Below, piece by piece: positions 45,429 through 54,450 of a DNA stretch of 64,000 bases. The number at the start of each line of letters is the position of its first letter. The first letter of the stretch is position 1. The notes under the pieces are model-generated. The model saw nothing but the letters and a program-made list of their open reading frames with translations, did not search any database and was not told the origin of the DNA. Source of the stretch: Verrucomicrobiales bacterium (GTDB lineage: Bacteria; Verrucomicrobiota; Verrucomicrobiia; Limisphaerales; UBA11358). A program made the translations under genes and the position numbers. The stretch is from contig JAQTQB010000010.1 of the NCBI GenBank assembly GCA_028712475.1, positions 50,077 to 114,076 on the forward strand. The letters run 5' to 3'.

Positions 45429-46790
45429 CTACGCCGCCAGCAGATGTTCCTCACGCTTTACGTTCCGGCCAAAGTGCGGCGACGTTTTCAACATCCGTTT
45501 GAAGTTGGCGCGGCGCGCTTGTGTTTCCCCGGCGGAGTAAAGTTGTTTTACCAGGCCGAGAAATCCATTTTGCAATTCGGCGGCACTCATGTTTTTAGGC
45601 TGAAAATTGATGTCAAACAAAGTGCAGATCTCCCACGCACGGTCACGCAGGATGCGACCCTCGTTCTTCAGCCGCGCGTAAAGCGGCGTGCCGGGGAACG
45701 CGGTCAGGAACGTCACCTGCACTTCGTAAAGCGCGGAGTCGCGCACAAAATCCAGCACGTCGCCGAACACGTCGCGCGTGTCGCCGTCGAGTCCGAGGAT
45801 GAAACAGCCGTTCACCGTCACGCCATAGGACTGAATTTTTTCAATCGCCGCCTTGTAATGGTCCTGCTGGTGAAGTTTCCAATTCGATTTCATTTCCACG
45901 CCGCAGAGGCTCGTGCGGAGCGGGCTTTCGAGGCCGATGAGAACCTGCTGGCAGCCGGAATCGCGCATCAAAGCAAGCAGTTCGTCATCTTGCGCCACAT
46001 TCACGTCGGCCTCGGTGAACCAGCGGATGTTTTCCTTCGCCATTTCGCGCAGAAGTTTTTTGTAATGCTCGCGGTGGACGAAGCTGTTGTCGTCCGCAAA
46101 CTCGATGAACGGCTTGGCCCAAATCTTTTTGATCTCACGGATCTCGGCGATGACTTTTTCCACCGGCTTCACCTTGTAGCGCGGCGTGAGCAGGATGGAA
46201 CTAGCGCAAAACTCGCATTTGTGCGGACAACCGCGGCTGGTCTGCACGGTGAGGCGGTTATATTTTTCCGGGTCGAGCAGATCGAAGCGCGGCATCGGCG
46301 CATCGGCCAGATTGAACTCGCGGTTGGTGACGTAAAACGGCTTCAACTCGCCGCGCTCGAAATCCGCGAGCAGTTCCGGCCAGAGCAGTTCGCCCTCGCC
46401 AATGACGACGCTGGTGCAATGCTCCTTGGCCTGTTCCCGCAACGACGAAACCGTGATGCCGCCCATGACGACGGGGATTCCTTTGGCACGGTAAAAATCC
46501 GCGACGTCGCACGCCTCGTAAAATTGCGCGGTGAAGGTGCTGATGGCGACGAGGTCGAAATTCACCGGCATCTCCGGCAAGGTTTTCAGATCGGCAATCT
46601 CGTGATACTCGACGTGGAATTGCTCCGGCGTCAGCCCGGCAAGCGTGAGCAGGCCAAGGCTTGGCAGCGAGGCGATGATTTTGTTGCGATCCACAAAACC
46701 GGGCAGCGTGAGGCCGAGCCTGGTGAGCTCCGCATTGTGAGCACGGACGCCGCTCATGGCGATGAATCCGATGTGTTTTTTCGTGTTCAT
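45429..46790 (-). CDS. B12-binding-domain radical SAM protein
   Basis: Start MNTKKHIGFIAM (ATGA overlap with the upstream gene). N-terminal B12-like Rossmann region (FDLVAISTFTAQ..GIPVVMGG), then the radical SAM triad SRGCPHKCEFCAS. Confidence 0.85.
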   Translation of the reverse strand: MNTKKHIGFIAMSGVRAHNAELTRLGLTLPGFVDRNKIIASLPSLGLLTLAGLTPEQFHVEYHEIADLKTLPEMPVNFDLVAISTFTAQFYEACDVADFYRAKGIPVVMGGITVSSLREQAKEHCTSVVIGEGELLWPELLADFERGELKPFYVTNREFNLADAPMPRFDLLDPEKYNRLTVQTSRGCPHKCEFCASSILLTPRYKVKPVEKVIAEIREIKKIWAKPFIEFADDNSFVHREHYKKLLREMAKENIRWFTEADVNVAQDDELLALMRDSGCQQVLIGLESPLRTSLCGVEMKSNWKLHQQDHYKAAIEKIQSYGVTVNGCFILGLDGDTRDVFGDVLDFVRDSALYEVQVTFLTAFPGTPLYARLKNEGRILRDRAWEICTLFDINFQPKNMSAAELQNGFLGLVKQLYSAGETQARRANFKRMLKTSPHFGRNVKREEHLLAA

Positions 46791-47182
46791 AATTTTATTG
46801 CCTCCATCAGGGTCAAAACTCCGCCGATGATCAGGCTGATGACCGGCACGGCAAAAATCAGGTGCGCCTTTGGAAAATGCGCCATGGCCACGCAGCAAAC
46901 CGGCATGGCAATCGCGCCGGTGATGAAGGCCAGCGACGCAAAATGAACCAGCGGGCCGGCCAGCAAAAAAATTTGCACGGTCAGGCAGAACAGCAGGTTC
47001 ACCGCGCCGAGACCGAAGAACGAAATGTGGCCGAGGCGATACATCCGGCGTTTGAAACTCGCGTAGCCGCCCAGCCAGCTTTCACCGTGAAAAAACATCC
47101 CCAGCGCCATGCCGGAAACGAAGCCAAGCAGAATCCAGAGCCAGGCGAGCAACAAATTGATTTGGACGATTTCCGTTTTCAT
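46787..47182 (-). CDS. Hypothetical 4-TM membrane protein, first gene of the operon
   Basis: 131 aa with four hydrophobic helices. Translationally coupled (ATGA) to the radical SAM gene. No recognised family. Confidence 0.55.
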   Translation of the reverse strand: MKTEIVQINLLLAWLWILLGFVSGMALGMFFHGESWLGGYASFKRRMYRLGHISFFGLGAVNLLFCLTVQIFLLAGPLVHFASLAFITGAIAMPVCCVAMAHFPKAHLIFAVPVISLIIGGVLTLMEAIKL

Positions 47183-47259
47183 TTCACGGTCACTTTATCT
47201 GCACTTGCCGCAAAGGTGTTAATTGATAAAACTTTTCCAACATCGGCTAAATCAATGTT

Positions 47260-48132
47260 ATGAATGTTCACCACTTGGAGTTGTTCTATTACGTCGCGCG
47301 GCACGGCGGCATCATGGAAGCGGTGCGGAACATCCCCTACGGCATCCAGCAGCCGGCGGTCAGCTCGCAGATTTCACAACTCGAGGAATTTCTCGGCGTC
47401 ACGCTGTTCCAGCGGCGTCCGTTCGCGCTGACGGCGAAAGGCGAAAAACTGTTCAAGTTCATCCAGCCGTTCTTCGCAAACCTCGACAAAGTGGCGACGG
47501 AACTTCAGGGCGGACAGGCGCGGCATATCCGCATCGGCGCCTCCACCATCGTGCTGCGCGACCATCTGCCGCAACTGTTGCGGACGGTGAGCGGAAAATT
47601 TCCAGGATTGAAAATGTCATTGCGCGAAGGCTTTCCGGCCCAGTTGGAAACCTGGTTGCAAGCGGATGAAATTGACCTGGCCATCACGCTGACCGAGAAG
47701 AATTACCCGCCGGGAATCTGTTCGCTCGCCTTGCTGAAACTGCCGCTCGTCCTGCTCGTCGGAAAAAACAGCGGCCTGAAAGCGGCGGAAGAATTATGGC
47801 AGCGCGACAAGATCAACGAACCGCTCATCTGCTTCCCGCCGGGCCAGCCGCTCGGCAAAATTTTCCAGCAAAAGCTCGGCGAACTCGGCGTGGACTGGTT
47901 TCCCAGCATTGAGGCGAGTTCGGTGGACTTGATTGAAACCTATGTGGCGAACGGCCTGGGCATCGGCGTGTCGGTGGCCATCCCGAAAAAACCCCTGCCG
48001 CCCAACGTGCGCCCGCTGGCGCTGGACGGGTTTCCACCCGTGACCATCGGCGCGTTATGGCGCGGGCGCAAAACGCCGTTGCTGCAGACTTTTCTTGATG
48101 AATTGCAGGCGCGCGCCAGCCGGCTCGCGTAA
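47260..48132 (+). CDS. LysR-family transcriptional regulator
   Basis: N-terminal wHTH (HLELFYYVARHGGIMEAVRNIPYGIQQPAVSSQISQLE) followed by a LysR substrate-binding domain. Divergent from the 4-TM/radical SAM operon. Confidence 0.9.
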   Translation: MNVHHLELFYYVARHGGIMEAVRNIPYGIQQPAVSSQISQLEEFLGVTLFQRRPFALTAKGEKLFKFIQPFFANLDKVATELQGGQARHIRIGASTIVLRDHLPQLLRTVSGKFPGLKMSLREGFPAQLETWLQADEIDLAITLTEKNYPPGICSLALLKLPLVLLVGKNSGLKAAEELWQRDKINEPLICFPPGQPLGKIFQQKLGELGVDWFPSIEASSVDLIETYVANGLGIGVSVAIPKKPLPPNVRPLALDGFPPVTIGALWRGRKTPLLQTFLDELQARASRLA

Positions 48133-48201
48133 GCTCATCGTCCTCATGAACCATATCCTTAAAAACCCGACTTTGCACTCCGAAATTAAATACCGTTGCT
48201 C

Positions 48202-48630
48202 CTACATTTTTTCCGCGCGCACGAGAAAAATCGGGATGTGCGTGCGATGCCGGACCTCGGTGATGGTGCTGCCGTGAAAAAGATCGCCAAAAAAGCGGTG
48301 TCCGTGGCTGGTCATGGCGATCAGGTTGCAATGCTCCGCTTCGGCTATCTTCAAGATTTCCGTGGGCGGATTGCCCATCGCCAGCCGGATCGTCACGGTC
48401 AGTTTTTCCGCGCGCAAACCAGCGGCGGTTTTTTCCAGATACTCCCGGTCGTTTTTGATTTCCTCTGATTCGGCGAGTTTCAACTGGTCAAAACTGCGCG
48501 CGGCCCAGCCGTCGGCGACGTGCAGCAGCAGCAGCTCGGAGCCGAGCCGCGCGGCCAGTTGTGCGATCTGCGGCAGCATGGTTTCATCCGCCGGACCGTT
48601 TTCGAGAGCTACAAGGATTTTGCGATACAT
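48202..48630 (-). CDS. Universal stress protein (UspA family)
   Basis: 142 aa. ILVALENGPADE, LLLLHV and MTSHGH..GS ATP-binding-type motifs. Confidence 0.85.
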   Translation of the reverse strand: MYRKILVALENGPADETMLPQIAQLAARLGSELLLLHVADGWAARSFDQLKLAESEEIKNDREYLEKTAAGLRAEKLTVTIRLAMGNPPTEILKIAEAEHCNLIAMTSHGHRFFGDLFHGSTITEVRHRTHIPIFLVRAEKM

Positions 48631-48651
48631 ATGGTTTTGGATGTTGAGAGA

Positions 48652-48912
48652 TCAGTCGCGCCCGGCTTCCAGATCGTTCCAGCCACCCCAAGGGCGGGTC
48701 CAGCTTTTGGTTTTCCAACGATAGAAATAATGCAACAAGGTTCCCGCCGCCGCCAGACCGGCCATCGTCCACCAGAACCAGCTTCGCTCGTGGAATAACA
48801 CGACGCCGGCCAGCAGCAACGTCCATTTGATGAGACGAAACCATACCGGCTGCGCCCGAAACGAGAAGACGACACGGAGTTCGCGACGGATGGCTGGAAT
48901 CAGTTTTTTCAT
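48652..48912 (-). CDS. Hypothetical small 2-TM membrane protein
   Basis: Start MKKLIPAIRR lies 11 nt after the mntH stop. Two hydrophobic helices rich in Trp. Confidence 0.4.
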   Translation of the reverse strand: MKKLIPAIRRELRVVFSFRAQPVWFRLIKWTLLLAGVVLFHERSWFWWTMAGLAAAGTLLHYFYRWKTKSWTRPWGGWNDLEAGRD

Positions 48913-48922
48913 ATGCGGAATT

Positions 48923-50329
48923 TTATTCCGACGGGGCGGGCAGTCCGAGATACCCATAGAACGTGTTTAATACGGGCGCGGGCATGAAGATATCAAAGAG
49001 CAGTTTCACGTTGAGGACAATTATAATCGCGGCGATGGTCCAGCCGAGGATCTTGATCCAGACCGGATTCACAAACTCGCCCATCTTGGCTTTTTCGCCG
49101 GTAAAGCGCATCAGTGGCCAGATGGCAAAGCCTAGCTGCATGGACAATACCACCTGGCTGGCGATCAGCAGATCCGTGGTTTTGCTTTCGCCAAACCAGC
49201 CAATCACAACAACAGCCGGAATGACCGCAATAAGCCGCGTGATCAGCCGGCGCAGCCACGGGCGCAGCCGGATGTTGATGAACCCTTCCATTACGATCTG
49301 CCCGGCCAGCGTGCCGGTCAGCGTGGCGTTTTGTCCCGACGCCAGCAGCGCCACGGCAAACAGGATGCTCGCCACCCCGACACCCAGCAGCGGGCTTAAC
49401 AACTGGTAGGCATCCTGGATGGACGCCACGTCCTGGTGACCGGACCAGTGAAATGCCGACGCGGCCAGAATGAGAATGGCACCGTTGATGAACAGCGCGA
49501 ACATCAACGCCACCGTCGAATCAATCGTGGCGAACTTGATGGCCTCGCGTTTTCCGACGGGGTTCTGCTCGTATTTGCGTGTCTGGACAATCGATGAGTG
49601 CAGGTAAAGATTGTGCGGCATGACCGTCGCGCCGATGATGCCGATGCTGACGTAGAGCATGCTCTGGTTCGTGATGATCTGCGAACTGGGAATGAAGCCC
49701 AGCAGGATGCCGGCGATTCCGGGTTTGGAAAAAAACAGCTCGGCGGCAAAACAACCACCGATGGTCACAATCAGCGTTATCACCAAAGCTTCGATGTAAC
49801 GAAAGCCTTTGTTCTGCAAATAAAGCACAGCCAAAACGTCCAGCACGGTGATGACACAACCCCACATCAGCGGAATCCCAAAGAGCAGTTGCAGCGCGAT
49901 GGCCGAGCCGACGACTTCGGCCAGATCGCACGCCGCGATGGCGATCTCACAAAGAAACCAGAGAAACCAGACGGTCGGCGTGGAGTAATGATCGCGGCAC
50001 GCCTGCGCCAGATCGCGGCCGGTAGCGATGCCCAGCTTGATGCACAAGTGCTGAAGCAGAATCGCCATCAGGTTGGAAATCATGATGACGGCCAGCAACG
50101 TGTAGCCAAATTGCGCGCCGCCCGCGAGGTCGGTGGCCCAGTTGCCCGGATCCATGTAACCGACGGCCACAAGAAAACCGGGGCCGGAAAACGCCAGCAA
50201 CTTCCGCCAGAAGGAAGCGTTCGCCGGCACGAGCACGCTGCGGTGGACTTCCACCAGGGAGACTTGTCCCGCCGGCTTGCGCCAGGCGAATTTTGGGTTT
50301 GGTTCAACAGGAGGTTCGGATTGAGCCAT
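48923..50329 (-). CDS. mntH: Nramp-family divalent metal (Mn2+/Fe2+):H+ symporter
   Basis: 468 aa. [14 protein letters not shown] signature and 11-12 TM helices. Confidence 0.92.
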   Translation of the reverse strand: MAQSEPPVEPNPKFAWRKPAGQVSLVEVHRSVLVPANASFWRKLLAFSGPGFLVAVGYMDPGNWATDLAGGAQFGYTLLAVIMISNLMAILLQHLCIKLGIATGRDLAQACRDHYSTPTVWFLWFLCEIAIAACDLAEVVGSAIALQLLFGIPLMWGCVITVLDVLAVLYLQNKGFRYIEALVITLIVTIGGCFAAELFFSKPGIAGILLGFIPSSQIITNQSMLYVSIGIIGATVMPHNLYLHSSIVQTRKYEQNPVGKREAIKFATIDSTVALMFALFINGAILILAASAFHWSGHQDVASIQDAYQLLSPLLGVGVASILFAVALLASGQNATLTGTLAGQIVMEGFINIRLRPWLRRLITRLIAVIPAVVVIGWFGESKTTDLLIASQVVLSMQLGFAIWPLMRFTGEKAKMGEFVNPVWIKILGWTIAAIIIVLNVKLLFDIFMPAPVLNTFYGYLGLPAPSE

Positions 50330-50365
50330 AAAAATTTATGTTGTTCGCCGGTAAATTTACTCTTG

Positions 50366-51238
50366 TCAAAATCTCACCGTGATTCCGGCGAAGGGGTTAA
50401 AATCATCCGCCGCGTGCGTGACGCCAAAATTGCAGCCGCCATCGAGCTGAACATTGTCCGTGACCAAATACGTCAGGCCGGCGTCAACGGTTCCCACCCA
50501 GCCGGAATGGGGATCGGTGCTGATGTCGCTGAAAAGTTCCACAAAGCCGGCCAGCCGTCCGATGAGGTCATGGCTGACGGTGAAGGAGTTTATAAAATCT
50601 CCGTGATAGTTGCTGACATTATCTTCGCGCAGAAAACCGACCGCCGTCTCCAATCCCAAATTAAAGTTCCGTGGCAATTTGACGGCGAGCGGAAAAATGA
50701 TGCCGCCTTCAACCGCTTGGGTGCCCAAGTTGTCAGTGCTGGTGGGAAATGTGACGAACGGCAACAGCGCAAACGCCGCCCGGCCGCCGTCGTCGCCCCA
50801 GAGATTGATTTTCAACCTTGTGGTCAGGTCACCGATCCCCGATTGCGTCGTGCTCCCGCCCGCGACGTGGGTGTTGGCATGCATGTAACCGCCGAACGCA
50901 AGCTGGAAATCCACGTTGTTCAGCAGGCCGGCTTTGAGGTTGAAGGGGGCGACGATCCAGGCCCGGGTGGTTGTGCCGTCCGTTTGATTGTAAGTAAAAT
51001 TCGCAAAATCCATCTCCATCTGGAAATGGCCGGCATCCACCGTGTAAGGCGATTCAGTCTTGTCTGGACGGTCCGGACTCAATTCGCGCAGCAGCTCCTG
51101 CGGCACGGGGTTGAAAAGCGTGTAACCGCTTTTGTCCGGTGCCGCGCCCCAGGCCGGCTGCGCCGCGCCCGTCTCCGCCGCCACAGCGGACAGGACGACG
51201 GACGACAACCACCATGATCGGCCCCGGCTCATCAACAT
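50366..51238 (-). CDS. Outer-membrane beta-barrel protein (MetA-pathway/transporter-type barrel), co-oriented with mntH
   Basis: Signal peptide (SWWLSSVVLSAVAAETGAA). Alternating beta-strand pattern ending in ..FAGITVRF (C-terminal Phe). The start is 51238 or 51232. Confidence 0.7.
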   Translation of the reverse strand: MLMSRGRSWWLSSVVLSAVAAETGAAQPAWGAAPDKSGYTLFNPVPQELLRELSPDRPDKTESPYTVDAGHFQMEMDFANFTYNQTDGTTTRAWIVAPFNLKAGLLNNVDFQLAFGGYMHANTHVAGGSTTQSGIGDLTTRLKINLWGDDGGRAAFALLPFVTFPTSTDNLGTQAVEGGIIFPLAVKLPRNFNLGLETAVGFLREDNVSNYHGDFINSFTVSHDLIGRLAGFVELFSDISTDPHSGWVGTVDAGLTYLVTDNVQLDGGCNFGVTHAADDFNPFAGITVRF

Positions 51239-51254
51239 GTAGCCTATGTTACAT
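51237..51254. promoter_or_regulatory. Palindromic box 1: ATGTAGC-N4-GTTACAT (candidate MntR operator)
   Basis: 14 of 18 positions are self-complementary. Lies in the divergent barrel-mntH / mntR region and overlaps the barrel start codon. Confidence 0.4.
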
Positions 51255-51278
51255 TTCAAAGCCCGCCCGTCAACCAAA

Positions 51279-51295
51279 ATGTAGCTTCGGTTACA
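51279..51295. promoter_or_regulatory. Palindromic box 2: ATGTAGC-N4-GTTACA (candidate MntR operator)
   Basis: Same half-sites and spacing as box 1, 42 bp away. Confidence 0.4.
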
Positions 51296-51344
51296 AATTT
51301 AAACCTAGACTAAAAAAACGCGTTGGGATTCACTGGTTGAAATT

Positions 51345-51806
51345 ATGGCGCGTTCACTCCGCAAACCCAAGGCCGCCGGGCGTCCCCCGGAGGTGCGGCC
51401 CTCGGCGCAGCAGGCCGAGAACCTGCGCCGGTCCCGGCGCGATCGCGCGGTGGAAACGGCGCAGGATTACGTCGAGGCCATTGCCGACCTTTCCGCTTCC
51501 CTCGGCGAAGCGCGGGTGGTGGATCTGGCGCGGCGGCTGGGCGTGACCCATGTGACCGTCAACCGCACCCTGACGCGCCTGCAACAGGCCGGTTATGTGA
51601 ACACCCAGCCTTATCGCGCAATCTTTCTTACAGATTCCGGACGCAAGCTGGCCGATGAATGTAAACGGCGGCATCAGACGGTGGCGGCGTTTTTGCGCAA
51701 GCTCGGCGTTTCGGAAAAAACCGCCGAGCTGGACGCAGAAGGCATTGAGCATCACGTCAGCCCGGAAACCCTGGCGACTTTTGAAAAACTGCTGGCCAGA
51801 CGCTGA
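51345..51806 (+). CDS. mntR: DtxR/MntR-family manganese-responsive transcriptional regulator
   Basis: wHTH region ARVVDLARRLGVTHVTVNRTLTRLQQAGYV, followed by a metal-binding/dimerisation region (..RRHQTVAAFL..EGIEHHVSPETL..). Confidence 0.85.
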   Translation: MARSLRKPKAAGRPPEVRPSAQQAENLRRSRRDRAVETAQDYVEAIADLSASLGEARVVDLARRLGVTHVTVNRTLTRLQQAGYVNTQPYRAIFLTDSGRKLADECKRRHQTVAAFLRKLGVSEKTAELDAEGIEHHVSPETLATFEKLLARR

Positions 51807-52105
51807 TGCGACCAAACGACATCCAACAGATTGGCAGCGAACTCGCGATCAAGTGGACGGACGGCGGGGAAAGTTTTATTCCTCTGGAACATTTGCGCCG
51901 CGCCTGCCCGTGCGCCGGATGCAAAGGCGAAACGGACATCATGGGCAACCTGTATAAAAACCCGGAACAGAAACTGACGGCGGCGGCGTTTCAACTGGTC
52001 CGGATCATCAGCGTGGGCGGCTATGCGATCCAACCGGTCTGGGCGGACGGACATAACACGGGCATTTACTCCTTCGATTATCTGCAACGTCTGGCGGCAA
52101 AATAA
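51806..52105 (+). CDS. DUF971 (gamma-butyrobetaine-hydroxylase N-terminal-like) small protein
   Basis: 99 aa. Contains ACPCAGC.. and IQPVWADGHNTGIYSFDYL, typical of DUF971. 1-nt overlap with the mntR stop. Confidence 0.7.
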   Translation: MRPNDIQQIGSELAIKWTDGGESFIPLEHLRRACPCAGCKGETDIMGNLYKNPEQKLTAAAFQLVRIISVGGYAIQPVWADGHNTGIYSFDYLQRLAAK

Positions 52106-52132
52106 AACGGCGCGTTCGTGAGAACGCGCCGT
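52098..52132 (-). terminator. Rho-independent terminator downstream of pilQ (possibly bidirectional)
   Basis: 11-bp stem ACGGCGCGTTC/GAACGCGCCGT (52107-52132), followed on the minus-strand transcript by TTTTATTTTG. Confidence 0.6.
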
Positions 52133-52169
52133 GGTGATAGAGGTAAAATTCTTACGCAATTAATAGCGG

Positions 52170-53852
52170 TTATCGCGTGGGTATGAGAGCCGTTTTGGGA
52201 TTGCTCCAGTCGGAAGGCTCGGTGTTATTCCATGCTGATTCCGGGTCCATTATAACCGGGCGCTTGGCGTCAGGCTGCGTTGCTAGGAAATTGTTCGGAT
52301 GGAGTTGGAAATCCTGATCCTTCACAATGGTCGGCGTGATGAAAATCACGAGATCCCTTTTGTCCGTGCTTTTCGTTTCGCTGCGGAAGGCATGACCCAG
52401 ATAAGGGATATCACCCAACACCGGAACTTTGGTGGTTTCTGACACCGGATTGTCCAAGACCAATCCGCCCATTACCAATGTGTTGGCGTTGGGAATAATG
52501 ACCTGGGTAGTTATGGTCCGAACATCGAACGTCGGCGCTGACAAAACTTGAATGCCACTCACGCTTGACCCACCACCAACGCTCTGCTTCTGATCAGCAC
52601 CTTGATTGGAAACTTCCGGAACCACTTTGAGCCAAATGTTGTCGTTGGCAGAAATGCGGGGCGTAACCGTCAAAGTGGTGCCCACATTGGAATAGGTGAC
52701 GGAAGAACCACCAGAGTTGTTGGCCGAGCCGGCAGTCACATTGAACACAGGAACTTGGTGGGTGACCGAGATGGTTGCAGCTTCATTATCCAAGGTGACC
52801 AATCGCGGGGTGGACACAATTTGAGCGTCGGCAGATGAATTGATAAACGATATCACGGCGCTTAAACCATCGGCATTGAGAAAGCCGACCGAGCCAAAAC
52901 CGCCGCCAGTGTTAGCTACTACACCAGGCGCTCCCAGCGCTTGACCACCAGGGAAATTATTGAATCCAGGAGTGGTTGTTGTTTGTGGATCAATCAAACT
53001 ATTTCCAAACGTAACATTTTGGCCCTGAAGTGTGCCGCGCCAGTCAATGCCTTTCCGAGTGGTGGGATTGTCGCTGATTTCAACCAGACGGGTTTCAATC
53101 AAAACCTGGCGGGTGGGTTTGTCGAGCTGGTTGACCAGTATTTCCACGGAAGCCTGTTCCGGCTCGGTGGCCACGACAATCAACTGGCTGGTGCGTGTGT
53201 CAGGCACCACTTTGCTGCGCTTGTCAGTCAAGGCGCTCGACGTAGCTCCCATCATATTGGAGACACTTGAGTATTTAAGCTGAACCACGCGGGTGACCAG
53301 CGGCGGCGGAGCCGCTGGATCTTTGATGGTGATACGGACAATCTTGGTCTTGCTGTCTGCAACCATCTGAAGTCCGTAGTTGTCCAGCAATGCCGCGAGA
53401 GCGTGTGCGGCGGTGATGTTTTCCCAGCGGATGGACAAAGTGGGTTCTGGTTTGATCTGCCCGTTTGCGTCAGGCTGGCCGTAGCCGATCTTTGGATCCA
53501 ACAAGTAATTGATGTTGGCCTGCCGCGCGAGATTTTCGATGGCGGTGGTGATTGGAACCTCCTGAAATTGGATCAGGGGTATGTTCACAGCTTCGGGAGC
53601 CGGAGCATTGGTCGCGGCGGAGGCTTCTGCGGCAACGGCCTCGACTGGTGCATTGCTGGCAACGACAACGTCGGGCTGGTTGGTGGCAGCGACGGCTAAC
53701 GCCGGCACATTCGTCACGGCGTCGGCAGCCACCTCGTTTGTGACAGCCGCAACGGCGGACTGATCCGGCATGACGACGTTGGTTTGACAAAAAGCCATGT
53801 GCTGCAACAAGAATGTTCCAAGCAACGTGGCGAGCAGTGTTTTTAGTTTCAT
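52170..53852 (-). CDS. pilQ: Type IV pilus secretin PilQ (GspD superfamily)
   Basis: Start at MKLKTLLATLLGTFLL gives a signal peptide. Secretin C-domain motifs are TPRLVTLDNEAATI, VGTTLTVTPRI and VPVLGDIPYLGHAFR. Confidence 0.85.
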   Translation of the reverse strand: MKLKTLLATLLGTFLLQHMAFCQTNVVMPDQSAVAAVTNEVAADAVTNVPALAVAATNQPDVVVASNAPVEAVAAEASAATNAPAPEAVNIPLIQFQEVPITTAIENLARQANINYLLDPKIGYGQPDANGQIKPEPTLSIRWENITAAHALAALLDNYGLQMVADSKTKIVRITIKDPAAPPPLVTRVVQLKYSSVSNMMGATSSALTDKRSKVVPDTRTSQLIVVATEPEQASVEILVNQLDKPTRQVLIETRLVEISDNPTTRKGIDWRGTLQGQNVTFGNSLIDPQTTTTPGFNNFPGGQALGAPGVVANTGGGFGSVGFLNADGLSAVISFINSSADAQIVSTPRLVTLDNEAATISVTHQVPVFNVTAGSANNSGGSSVTYSNVGTTLTVTPRISANDNIWLKVVPEVSNQGADQKQSVGGGSSVSGIQVLSAPTFDVRTITTQVIIPNANTLVMGGLVLDNPVSETTKVPVLGDIPYLGHAFRSETKSTDKRDLVIFITPTIVKDQDFQLHPNNFLATQPDAKRPVIMDPESAWNNTEPSDWSNPKTALIPTR

Positions 53853-53995
53853 ACCTTCTTTATGGGTTGGACAAGTTACGGTTCGGTTAGTGGTTGACAG
53901 GTTAAGTGATCGGTTAATTAAACAAACTCCATCCAGCTTGGATGCCACCCAACGGGTTTGCATCAAGCTCGGCTGATTATTGACGTAGTGACGTT

Positions 53996-54445
53996 TCATT
54001 GGTTTTCCTCATAGCGTAATTCATGCCGTTGACCATTTACTTCAATCACCGCTGAATTAGAGTTGATTTCGAGACAATGAACGTGGATTCGTCCTTGAGT
54101 TGTGGACACTTCTGCATAATCCCCCACGGCAAAAGTGTGTTTATTGATGATTGCCAGCCGATTTGGAGGCATCCCTGAAACACCCTGCATGACAAGCGAG
54201 TCCAGATTTAGATCAGTCGTCCGGGCACTGGGAAGAACCGCTGCCTGATACGGGCGGGATGAAGATGGGTAAAACGGATCGCGACCATCCTTGGGGCCGG
54301 CGGGCAATATAAAAACTGAATGCACGCTGGCGGTCGCGTCAGTGACCGGCGGGACAGGCCCTGCCATGACCGGCACCCCTGCCATGAACAGCACGGATAA
54401 CAGTGCCGTCTTCATACTTTTCAAAAATGTTTTGCGATGGCTCAT
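53996..54445 (-). CDS. PilP-like pilus assembly lipoprotein/periplasmic protein
   Basis: 149 aa. Signal peptide, RDPFYP motif and a C-terminal beta-rich domain. Lies between pilO and pilQ. Confidence 0.5.
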   Translation of the reverse strand: MSHRKTFLKSMKTALLSVLFMAGVPVMAGPVPPVTDATASVHSVFILPAGPKDGRDPFYPSSSRPYQAAVLPSARTTDLNLDSLVMQGVSGMPPNRLAIINKHTFAVGDYAEVSTTQGRIHVHCLEINSNSAVIEVNGQRHELRYEENQ

Positions 54446-54450
54446 CGGTT

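Noticed and set aside
53853-53999. N-terminal 49-aa extension of pilQ (ORF-track start at 53999), and analogous long 5' extensions of the ddl, ftsQ, ftsL, aroA, EEP, pilM, ilvB, MFS, plsC, sucD and radical SAM ORFs
   Set aside because: The extensions precede obvious signal peptides or conserved N-termini, overlap the upstream genes, or look non-protein-like. I chose internal starts that abut the neighbouring stop codons.
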